In this document: positions 8,025 to 15,131 of the stretch, piece after piece
Position numbering within the stretch: the stretch's first letter is position 1
Layout of the letters: every line of letters starts with the position of its first letter
Assembly: GCF_000011325.1 (NCBI RefSeq)
Contig: NC_003450.3
Span: forward strand, 3,277,402 to 3,309,401
Reading direction: 5' to 3'
From: Corynebacterium glutamicum ATCC 13032
GTDB taxonomy: Bacteria > Actinomycetota > Actinomycetes > Mycobacteriales > Mycobacteriaceae
Length of the DNA: 32,000 nt
Notes under the pieces: generated by a model
Database searches by the model: none
What the model was told of the DNA's origin: nothing
The model's input: the letters and a program-made list of their open reading frames with translations, nothing else
Program-made: the position numbers and the translations under genes

Positions 8025-8042
8025 TAGGCTATCCTAACGCAA
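8024..8042. promoter_or_regulatory. DtxR (iron box) operator candidate overlapping the start codon of the siderophore-binding gene
   Basis: TTAGGCTATCCTAACGCAA matches the 19-bp corynebacterial DtxR consensus TTAGGTTAG(G/C)CTAACCTAA at 15/19 positions (hand alignment). Confidence 0.6.
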
Positions 8043-8201
8043 GTTCTTAACCTATTGCCAGTCTTTGGCCATAACTTTCTACGGTTAAAAAGTTGCATTG
8101 ACCTGCAAGTTTACTGCTCGGCCGTCACGGGGGAATGGAAAAAGTACGCTTGGTGTTCATATAGCGAACCCATTTTCTATTGCGATGAGAGGAACACCAC
8201 C

Positions 8202-9179
8202 ATGCGCGCAATCACTCACAACACTTTCGGCGACCCCGCCGACGTCCTACAGATTACCGAGAAGGAAATTCCCACTCCCGGCCCAGGTCAGGTTCGTATT
8301 CAAGTGACGCTGGCAACCATCCACAACCATGATTTGTGGACCGTGAAGGGCTCTTACGGCTTCGTCCCAGATCTGCCGGCCGCCGCAGGCACCGAGGCAG
8401 TCGGCATCGTCGACGCCCTGGGCGAGGGCGTCGAAGGTTTGCAGGTCGGTCAGCGTGTTGCGTCCGGCACCAGCTTTGGCATCTGGGCGGAGTACGCGCT
8501 TGTCGACGCCTCCGGCCTCATTCCCGTACCAGAACAGCTCTCCGACGAAAGCGCAGCTCAGCTCGTCGCAATGCCTTTCAGCGCCATCAGCCTTCTTGAT
8601 TTCCTGGATATGAAACCAGGGGAGTGGCTGATCCAAAACTCCGCAAACGGTGCCGTCGGCCGCATGCTCGCACAGCTGGCAGAATCCCGCGGCATCCATG
8701 TCGTTGGTCTCGTCCGCCGTGACGCCGGTGTCCAAGAACTCGCTGCTCAAAACATCAGCGGCGTCGTTTCCACTGAGACCCCAGGCTGGGAAAAGCAGGT
8801 CGAAGACATCACCGGTGGCGCAAGCATCGCCGTCGCACTTGATTCCGTCGGTGGATCCTCCGCAGCTGACCTGGTGAAACTGCTTGGCGAAGGCGGCACC
8901 CTCGTCTCCTTCGGCGCCATGGGCAACCCAATCATGGAAATCCCATCCGGCCCCGTCATCTTCAAGCACATCACCGTCAAGGGCTTCTGGGGAAGCAAAG
9001 TCAGCCGCGAAATGCCAGCAGAGAAGAAAACCCAGTTGTTCGGCGAGCTCATTGCGCGCATACTTGATGGAACATTGACCCTTCCAGTTGATTCCACCTT
9101 TGATGCCGCTGACATCGTCTCGGCCGTGCGCGCCTCCAGCGAGCCTGGCCGTGCCGGAAAAGTGCTCATTCGTTTCTAA
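8202..9179 (+). CDS. NADPH:quinone oxidoreductase / zinc-independent MDR-family enoyl reductase-like protein
   Basis: 'MRAITHNTFGDPADVLQITEKEIPTPGPGQVRIQV...' is an MDR N-terminal fold, followed by a Rossmann region 'NSANGAVGRML'. ATG 8202 with a GAGAGGAA ribosome-binding site is preferred over the track start at 8055. Confidence 0.8.
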   Translation: MRAITHNTFGDPADVLQITEKEIPTPGPGQVRIQVTLATIHNHDLWTVKGSYGFVPDLPAAAGTEAVGIVDALGEGVEGLQVGQRVASGTSFGIWAEYALVDASGLIPVPEQLSDESAAQLVAMPFSAISLLDFLDMKPGEWLIQNSANGAVGRMLAQLAESRGIHVVGLVRRDAGVQELAAQNISGVVSTETPGWEKQVEDITGGASIAVALDSVGGSSAADLVKLLGEGGTLVSFGAMGNPIMEIPSGPVIFKHITVKGFWGSKVSREMPAEKKTQLFGELIARILDGTLTLPVDSTFDAADIVSAVRASSEPGRAGKVLIRF

Positions 9180-9221
9180 ACGTTTAAGGCCCATTAGACC
9201 CCTGATTTAAAAGGATCTCAC

Positions 9222-9608
9222 ATGATCATTATCGGAGCAGTTTTCGCCATCCTCGCAGTTCTACTGCATGTTTTCATCTTCTACATGGAATCATTCGCAT
9301 GGACTAGTGAGAAAGCACGTGGAGTTTTCGGCACCACCGAAATCGACGCCGAGAACACCAAGGAGATGGCCTACAACCAAGGCTTCTACAACTTCTTCCT
9401 GGCAGTCATCGCCGGCGTGGGTGTTGCGTTCCTCTTCGCTGGTTCAACTGGCATCGGCGCAGCCCTCGCACTCGCTGGCACCGGTTCCATGCTGGCAGCC
9501 GCTGCAGTGTTGGCTTTGAGCTCACCCGACAAGCGTGGTGCAGCCTTCAAGCAAGGCACGTTCCCGCTGCTCGCAGTGGTGTTCCTTGTGATTGGATTGC
9601 TGGTTTAA
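9222..9608 (+). CDS. DUF1304-family small membrane protein
   Basis: 128 aa with four hydrophobic segments. The 'HVFIFYMESFAW' opening is typical of DUF1304. Confidence 0.7.
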   Translation: MIIIGAVFAILAVLLHVFIFYMESFAWTSEKARGVFGTTEIDAENTKEMAYNQGFYNFFLAVIAGVGVAFLFAGSTGIGAALALAGTGSMLAAAAVLALSSPDKRGAAFKQGTFPLLAVVFLVIGLLV

Positions 9609-9628
9609 GCAGTTTTTTAAAGGAACTT

Positions 9629-9672
9629 GCCCTGGACTTCACTTTTGTGAAGACCGGGGCATTTTTGTTTTT
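9629..9672 (+). terminator. Intrinsic terminator after the DUF1304 gene
   Basis: gccctggacttcac / gtgaagaccggggc form a 14-bp stem with one mismatch and one wobble, and a tttt loop. The tail atttttgttttt follows. Confidence 0.7.
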
Positions 9673-9675
9673 CTT

Positions 9676-9882
9676 CTACAAAATTTCTCCGTCAATGAGC
9701 CAAGCCAATGACCTGTAGTTATCAAGCATTTCTGATTCTTCCACGCTCAATAAATCTGCATCGTAGAGGCGATGCATCTGTTCCAGGTTAAAGGGACGCA
9801 TCCGTTCAAGTAGTTCTTGTCGTTCAGCCCGGAGTTCCGCTGTTGTACAAACTTTGAAAATCGGTGTTGAATTTTCAGACAT
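9676..9882 (-). CDS. Small acidic hypothetical protein (68 aa from ATG 9882)
   Basis: The track ORF 9676..9897 has a TTG start; the internal ATG at 9882 gives 'MSENSTPIFKV...'. It is AT-rich compared with its flanks, has no convincing ribosome-binding site, and I recognise no family. Confidence 0.35.
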   Translation of the reverse strand: MSENSTPIFKVCTTAELRAERQELLERMRPFNLEQMHRLYDADLLSVEESEMLDNYRSLAWLIDGEIL

Positions 9883-9989
9883 AACTAATTGTAACAACGC
9901 TTTGCACCTTCAACGACTGTTTGAAATCCAATAGCAAAGCTCCCTTTATGCGGCTTTTAACGCGCAAAAAGGGAGCTTGTTTAAGATTT

Positions 9990-10790
9990 CTACTTGTTGT
10001 CTTCCGCCAACCACACAGAGGTAAACGGTGCGTTGGATGCGACAGCGTCCTTCACTGCGCGGGTGACTACGCGCTTAGCGGTGGTCACTGCATCAACGGC
10101 AGAGTTGCCCTTGGCCAGCTCTGCGGTGATGACAGCTGCGAAGGTACAGCCAGCGCCGGAGACGCGCTCGTCGCCGATCTTTGGTTCAGAGAACACGTGG
10201 TAGTCGGTGCCGTCGAAAAGTACGTCCACAGCGTTGTCGCCTGGGAAGTCGATGCCACCCTTAACAACGACGTACTGAGGTCCTTGCTCATGAATGAGGC
10301 GGGCTGCTTCCTTCAGGTCGTCGATGGTCTCCAGCTTGTCTAGGCCAGACAGGGTGGTGGCCTCGAAGTTGTTTGGAGTAACCACGGTTGCCTGTGGCAG
10401 CACCTTCGCGCGAAGGGCAGTGTCAGTATCAAGTGCCGCGCCGGGCTCCTGGCCCTTGCAGATCAGTACCGGGTCTAGGACAACGTGCTTGAAGCTGTTT
10501 TCCTCCAAAGCGGTTGCCACAGTATCGATCGTTGCAGGAGTACCCAACATACCGATCTTCACCACATCAAGATCGTGCGCTGCGGTGGCGGCCTCAATCT
10601 GATTAGCGATAACCTGCGCATCAACCGGGACAAAACGGTGATTCCAGTTGTCTTTAGGATCAAAGGCCACCAAGCATGTGATGGCACCAATGCCATAAAC
10701 ATCTAAATGCTGGAAGGTCTTCAAATCAACCTGGATGCCGGCGCCGCCGGTAGCTTCTGAACCTGCAATAACGAATGCGTAATTAACCAC
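9990..10790 (-). CDS. thiD: Hydroxymethylpyrimidine/phosphomethylpyrimidine kinase
   Basis: 266 aa. 'AGSEATGGAGIQVDLKT' and C-terminal 'GAGCTFAAVITAELAKG' are ribokinase-superfamily ThiD/PdxK signatures. Confidence 0.85.
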   Translation of the reverse strand: MVNYAFVIAGSEATGGAGIQVDLKTFQHLDVYGIGAITCLVAFDPKDNWNHRFVPVDAQVIANQIEAATAAHDLDVVKIGMLGTPATIDTVATALEENSFKHVVLDPVLICKGQEPGAALDTDTALRAKVLPQATVVTPNNFEATTLSGLDKLETIDDLKEAARLIHEQGPQYVVVKGGIDFPGDNAVDVLFDGTDYHVFSEPKIGDERVSGAGCTFAAVITAELAKGNSAVDAVTTAKRVVTRAVKDAVASNAPFTSVWLAEDNK

Positions 10791-10864
10791 ACTTCAAACC
10801 TAGCCCCTCAGGTGGAGGATTCCGACATTACCGTCTGAAAAATTTCATCCGTAGGCTAAAGAGC

Positions 10865-11212
10865 ATGTCGAAAACGATCATCGTGCGCACCGAAATTGAA
10901 ATCCCTGGACACCCAACCGCCATCCATATCGCAGAGATGCAGGAGCTTCCCCCATCTGAGGCTCAAGGCGGCGTGCAGATGTGCAAAATGCAGCGCATTA
11001 TTGAACTAGCAGGAACTGCCGAAGGGGATGTCGTTACTGGTGCAGGTGTTATTGGCGGATCTAATTTCCAGCTGAATAACGAGCCAAATGAAGTGGTTCC
11101 CCATCCAGATACCTATGCGGATTTCCCCGATATCAAGGCGGTTGTTATCTCCGCGGAGACTTTTGAAGGCCTGTGGCTGGAAGCGGGAGCGAAGTTCCCT
11201 GGGTTAAATTAA
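10865..11212 (+). CDS. Hypothetical protein (115 aa)
   Basis: Clean track ORF with core-like composition, sitting between thiD and the second copZ-like gene. No motif recognised. Confidence 0.5.
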   Translation: MSKTIIVRTEIEIPGHPTAIHIAEMQELPPSEAQGGVQMCKMQRIIELAGTAEGDVVTGAGVIGGSNFQLNNEPNEVVPHPDTYADFPDIKAVVISAETFEGLWLEAGAKFPGLN

Positions 11213-11222
11213 CCACTTGCAG

Positions 11223-11241
11223 TATACCCTAGTGGGGTATA
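11223..11241. promoter_or_regulatory. CsoR-type operator candidate, TATACCC-N5-GGGTATA (second copy)
   Basis: tataccctagtggggtata has 7-bp perfect arms and a 5-nt spacer. It lies 44 nt upstream of ATG 11285. The right arm overlaps a TATATT -10-like hexamer. The leader and ribosome-binding site (aaaggggcca) match the first copy. Confidence 0.55.
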
Positions 11242-11284
11242 TTGTCTGCTGTTAGAAGATACCCGACAGAAAGGGGCCAATAAT

Positions 11285-11488
11285 ATGGCTATCAAGAACT
11301 ACACCGTCGAAGGCATGACTTGTGGACACTGCGTCTCCTCCGTAAAGGAAGAGGTCGGAGAGGTTGCTGGCGTCACCGCTGTGGACGTCACCCTAGAAAC
11401 CGGTGCCGTGCAGGTTACCGGCGAAGACTTCACCGACGAGGCTGTCAAGGCTGCTGTCGTTGAGGCTGGCTACAAGGTTGTTGCATAA
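11285..11488 (+). CDS. copZ: HMA-domain copper chaperone, CopZ-like (second paralogue)
   Basis: 67 aa. 'MAIKNYTVEGMTCGHCV' carries the GMTCxxC motif. Roughly two-thirds identical to the 5780..5986 product by eye. Confidence 0.85.
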   Translation: MAIKNYTVEGMTCGHCVSSVKEEVGEVAGVTAVDVTLETGAVQVTGEDFTDEAVKAAVVEAGYKVVA

Positions 11489-11503
11489 ACCCCTGAAAAG
11501 TTT

Positions 11504-11551
11504 AAAGCCGCCCCCTCACCGTAATGCTCACGGTGAGGGGGCGGCTTTTTG
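11504..11551. terminator. Bidirectional intrinsic terminator between copZ-like (+) and azlD (-)
   Basis: aaagccgccccctcaccg / cggtgagggggcggcttt form a perfect 18-bp stem followed by a T-run. Confidence 0.8.
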
Positions 11552-11567
11552 CGTCGAGAAGCATCTT

Positions 11568-11915
11568 TTAAAAAACGACGTTGACCAGAAACATGTAGGC
11601 CAAGGTGCCACCGACGATGGACAGCCCGGCGGAGCCTTTCAACCAGTGCAGCAGCGCGGTGAATGCCACCGCGATCAGTGAAGCACCCACACCACCTGGC
11701 GCACTGACCTGGCCAAAGAGCGTGTAAATGACCAATACGACCATCACTCCGACTGGCATTGTGCGCCCCAAAACTCCCATGAGTTGGTTGCTGTTGACGC
11801 GTTTCATCGCGGCGAAGGGGAAGATGCGCAGCAGCAAGGTGATGATCGCGATGGGGATCAACACGGCGGCGACGTTGAGCAGCGTGACGCCTTCTGGCAG
11901 GCCAAACTCACTCAT
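11568..11915 (-). CDS. azlD: AzlD-family branched-chain amino acid exporter small subunit
   Basis: 115-aa hydrophobic protein. Its start overlaps the stop of the upstream AzlC-like gene by 8 nt. Confidence 0.75.
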   Translation of the reverse strand: MSEFGLPEGVTLLNVAAVLIPIAIITLLLRIFPFAAMKRVNSNQLMGVLGRTMPVGVMVVLVIYTLFGQVSAPGGVGASLIAVAFTALLHWLKGSAGLSIVGGTLAYMFLVNVVF

Positions 11916-12621
11916 GGGAAGTCCTGATCTCCAGTTTCTTGTCCAGGTTGGGGAAGCGGACGCGGAGAAGAAGGATCAAAAAGTACGTGGTCAAAGCGAT
12001 AACCAGCATCTGCTCGGGCGCCACAAAACCGGAAACCAGAGCCAATACCACCGCGAATAATGGCAGCGAATAATCCTTGTTATTTTTGAATGCCTCCCAC
12101 GCCAGCACCACAAACAGCGCGGTCAGGGCAAAATCCATGCCTTTTAGATCATCGGGCAGCACTTGACCAACCAAGGCGCCAATAATTCCTGGGATAACCC
12201 ACAGAGCTTGGCACAAAATTTGAACGGTAAGCACCCGCGTGCCACTGATATCGCCAGGTGGGCGGGCTGACACGATGGCGTAGGACTCGTCGGTAAGCGC
12301 GTAGGTGGAATAGGCGCGGCCGGCGCCGGACTTGATGCGGTGGCGTGGGAAGGTGAGACCGTAGAAAATGTGGCGGAAATTCACCATGAAACCAGCGACC
12401 GCCGCCGAAAACGGGCCGATACCTGCGGTGACCATGCCGATTGCCAGAAATTCCATCGAACCGGCATAGATCACGAAGGAGAAAATCGGCGTCCACCACC
12501 AGGCGAAACCTGTCTGGACCATCAACAGCCCAAAGGCCAAACCCAGCGGAATCAGCCCCAAACCGACCGTTAAAGTCTCACCGATTCCGCCGCGAATTTC
12601 TTTTAAATTTTCGGAACTCAT
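11908..12621 (-). CDS. azlC: AzlC-family branched-chain amino acid exporter large subunit
   Basis: 237-aa polytopic membrane protein. 'GLIPLGLAFGLL' and 'YALTDESYA' are AzlC-like. Paired with azlD. Confidence 0.75.
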   Translation of the reverse strand: MSSENLKEIRGGIGETLTVGLGLIPLGLAFGLLMVQTGFAWWWTPIFSFVIYAGSMEFLAIGMVTAGIGPFSAAVAGFMVNFRHIFYGLTFPRHRIKSGAGRAYSTYALTDESYAIVSARPPGDISGTRVLTVQILCQALWVIPGIIGALVGQVLPDDLKGMDFALTALFVVLAWEAFKNNKDYSLPLFAVVLALVSGFVAPEQMLVIALTTYFLILLLRVRFPNLDKKLEIRTSHE

Positions 12622-13227
12622 CTAATTATCTGAAGGGTCCGACGGAAACGTGGAATACAACGGCAAAGGCATTGCTTGTCGACGCATCACGTCGCCCCAA
12701 ATATCGACGCGGCCCGGCGCGATAATGTCCGACGGCAACGCAGGTGTGACGAACCAATCACCCTGCTCAATTTCCTCGTTGAGCTGGCCCGGAGCCCACT
12801 CCGCGTAGCCCGCAAAAAAGCGCATGCCCTCAAGATCATCAGCCACATCTTCAGGTGCAGAACGCAGATCCACGTGCACCAGGCGGTTGGCGAGCTTGTT
12901 GAAGCTGGTGGAATTTTCAATATCCACGCCCGGCTTGGTCACGCCCAAACCAACCACAGCCTGCTGGCTCAACGGCCCACCGATGTACAGTGCCTGTGGC
13001 TTCGAGGTGAGGTCCACCCACTCGGGCAACACATTGGCCACAGCAACATCGGAACGTGAAGAAATGTTCACACCAAAAGTGGTGGCAGGAGAATGCTCGA
13101 TGATCAACACGATGCTGCGCTCAAAATCCTCCGACGCCATATCGGGCGCAGCCACCAACAACATGCCTGGAGCTACCTCATTGCGCTCCATCGCGTTAAA
13201 CAACCTGTCGGCATAAAAATCACTCAT
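12622..13227 (-). CDS. YqgE/AlgH-family protein (UPF0301)
   Basis: 201 aa. 'GMLLVAAPDMASEDFERSIVLIIEH' and 'GYAEWAPGQLNEEIEQGDW' are characteristic of the family. Its stop abuts the azlC ATG directly (TAGATG). Confidence 0.8.
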   Translation of the reverse strand: MSDFYADRLFNAMERNEVAPGMLLVAAPDMASEDFERSIVLIIEHSPATTFGVNISSRSDVAVANVLPEWVDLTSKPQALYIGGPLSQQAVVGLGVTKPGVDIENSTSFNKLANRLVHVDLRSAPEDVADDLEGMRFFAGYAEWAPGQLNEEIEQGDWFVTPALPSDIIAPGRVDIWGDVMRRQAMPLPLYSTFPSDPSDN

Positions 13228-14704
13228 TGTTTTCTCCTTCCCACCAGCTCTTCAGCTCTGCGATGGCAACTTCACGATCCAAAGGACCGCGCTCCAAACG
13301 AAGCTCCTTCAAAAACGCCCACGCCTTACCCACTTCAGGTCCGGCTTGGATGTTCAGAATCTCCATGATCTCATTGCCATCCAAATCTGGGCGCACCCTG
13401 GCAAGATCTTCCTTTGCGGCGATCTCCGCGATGCGCTCTTCCAAATGATCGTAGGTGGCTTGCAGTCGTGCTGCCTTCCTTTTATTTCTTGTGGTGCAAT
13501 CAGCACGCACTAACTTGTGCAAACGTGGCAGCAATTCACCCGCATCTGCGGCATACCTACGCACTGCAGAATCCGTCCACTGGCCTTCGCTGAAACCATG
13601 GAAACGCATGTGCAGGAACACCAACTGCCCGACATCGCCGACCATTTGCTTTGAGTACTTCAGCTTGCGCATCCGTCGCCTCACCAGCTTGGCGCCAACT
13701 ACCTCATGCTGATGGAAGCTCACGCGGCCTTCCTCATTGAAGTCACGAGTATCTGGCTTACCGCAATCATGAAGCAGAGCAGCCCAACGAAGCACCAGGT
13801 CAGGGCCATCTTCTTCCTGATCAATCGCTTGGCGCATCACCTGCAACGAGTGCGCGTACACATCCTTGTGCTGCATGTGTTCATCTTGAGTCATCTGCAT
13901 CGCAGGGATCTCCGGATAAATAATCTGCGCGATACCGGACTCCACCATGAGGTCAATGCCAGCCTCAGGGTTTTTGCCAAGGATCATTTTGTCCAACTCA
14001 ACCTGCATGCGTTCCACAGTGATCCGAGTAATCTGCTGCGCCATTTCAGTCATGGCGGTAATAACTCGTGGTGCAAGGGTGAAATTCAGTTGGGAAACAA
14101 AGCGGGCAGCGCGCAGCATTCGCAGAGGATCATCATTGAATGATTGTTCCGGAGTAGCTGGGGTATCCAAAGTGTGGGTAAGTAGATCTTCCAAGCCACC
14201 CACTGGATCGTGGAAAGTTAATTCACCATCGGCTTGGATCTCCACAGCCATGGCGTTGACCTTGAAATCGCGCCTAATCAGATCGCCTTCCAAGGTGTCA
14301 CCGAAGGTCACTTCAGGGTTGCGGGAGTTTCCGTCATAGAGATCAGAACGGAATGTCGTGATTTCGATCTGCTGACCATGCTTTTCTGCAGAAAGGGTGC
14401 CAAACGCAATTCCGGTATCCCACACCACATCGGCGTAATCATCCAGGATCGCCTTTGTCTCCTCAGGGCGTGCCGACGTGGTGAAATCAAGGTCATGCCC
14501 CAACTCACCTAAGAAAGCATCCCTCACGGAACCGCCCACCAAATATAGGGAGTGTCCCTTGCTGGAAAATGCTGCCGCTAGGGGCACAAGGATGTCTGAA
14601 AGCTCACCAATTGCCTGGTGAGCGCGCGCCATTAAAGCAAGGCGGTCTACTTCCTGGTCCACTTTCTGTGGGGGAACTTGGTTCTGAGCATCCTGGGAAT
14701 TCAC
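13220..14704 (-). CDS. cca: CCA-adding tRNA nucleotidyltransferase / poly(A) polymerase-family enzyme with HD domain
   Basis: 'LYLVGGSVRDAFLG...DLDFTT' is the pol-beta nucleotidyltransferase motif, and 'LLHDCGKP' is the HD domain. The track ORF runs to 14905, but that N-terminus looks non-coding. GTG 14704 (494 aa) or ATG 14632 (470 aa) are the plausible starts. Confidence 0.8.
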   Translation of the reverse strand: MNSQDAQNQVPPQKVDQEVDRLALMARAHQAIGELSDILVPLAAAFSSKGHSLYLVGGSVRDAFLGELGHDLDFTTSARPEETKAILDDYADVVWDTGIAFGTLSAEKHGQQIEITTFRSDLYDGNSRNPEVTFGDTLEGDLIRRDFKVNAMAVEIQADGELTFHDPVGGLEDLLTHTLDTPATPEQSFNDDPLRMLRAARFVSQLNFTLAPRVITAMTEMAQQITRITVERMQVELDKMILGKNPEAGIDLMVESGIAQIIYPEIPAMQMTQDEHMQHKDVYAHSLQVMRQAIDQEEDGPDLVLRWAALLHDCGKPDTRDFNEEGRVSFHQHEVVGAKLVRRRMRKLKYSKQMVGDVGQLVFLHMRFHGFSEGQWTDSAVRRYAADAGELLPRLHKLVRADCTTRNKRKAARLQATYDHLEERIAEIAAKEDLARVRPDLDGNEIMEILNIQAGPEVGKAWAFLKELRLERGPLDREVAIAELKSWWEGENNE

Positions 14705-14877
14705 GAATCTGAGTCTACCCAGTAGAAGTGTGGGCAAAAACTGCTCTAAATGTGAAATTAGAATAAGTTTTCGCACTTTGCACCGTAGGAGCCCGTTTAA
14801 GGCCCCGCAGCCAAAGAACGGGTAAAAGGGTGCATCAGTACAGGTTAGCTCGTTAGAAAGCCACACAGCGAGTCGAG

Positions 14878-15030
14878 TTTTGAGGGCCATTTTTAGCAAT
14901 TGCAAGGATCCACCACAAATCAGTAAATCGAACGTATTTGTGGTGTATTTTCGCGCGTTGAGGGCTCAAAAATGCAAGGATCCACCACAGAATCGCAAAA
15001 ATTCGGGATTTGTGGTGGGGATTTGCATCT
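14878..15030. repeat. Two tandem ~72-79-bp units, each containing a CCACCACA...TGTGGTGG hairpin
   Basis: Elements shared by the two units: TTGAGGGC (14879 / 14958); a 17-nt identical TGCAAGGATCCACCACA (14901-14917 / 14973-14989); ATTTGTGGTG (14936-14945 / 15008-15017). Hairpin 1 pairs CACCACAAAT with ATTTGTGGTG (10 bp, 15-nt loop). Hairpin 2 pairs CCACCACA with TGTGGTGG and is extended by ATGCAA/TTGCAT. Confidence 0.7.
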
Positions 15031-15131
15031 GAGCAGCCGACACGGCGCCGAACCCCTCACTACGCGAGTCAATTAACCCCCGGGCGGTTCATTAATACCG
15101 AATACCCACCTCTCACGATACGATTGGTTGA

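Noticed and set aside
8247-9194. 315-aa minus-strand ORF
   Set aside because: Antisense shadow of the quinone oxidoreductase gene.
10791-10864. Possible TPP riboswitch upstream of thiD
   Set aside because: The spacer is only 74 nt and lacks the conserved CUGAGA / ACCUGAUCUGGAUAAUGCCAGCG elements.
14705-14905. N-terminal extension of the cca ORF to 14905
   Set aside because: The extension has no nucleotidyltransferase similarity, an odd composition, and runs into the repeat region. Starts at 14704 or 14632 give normal protein lengths.
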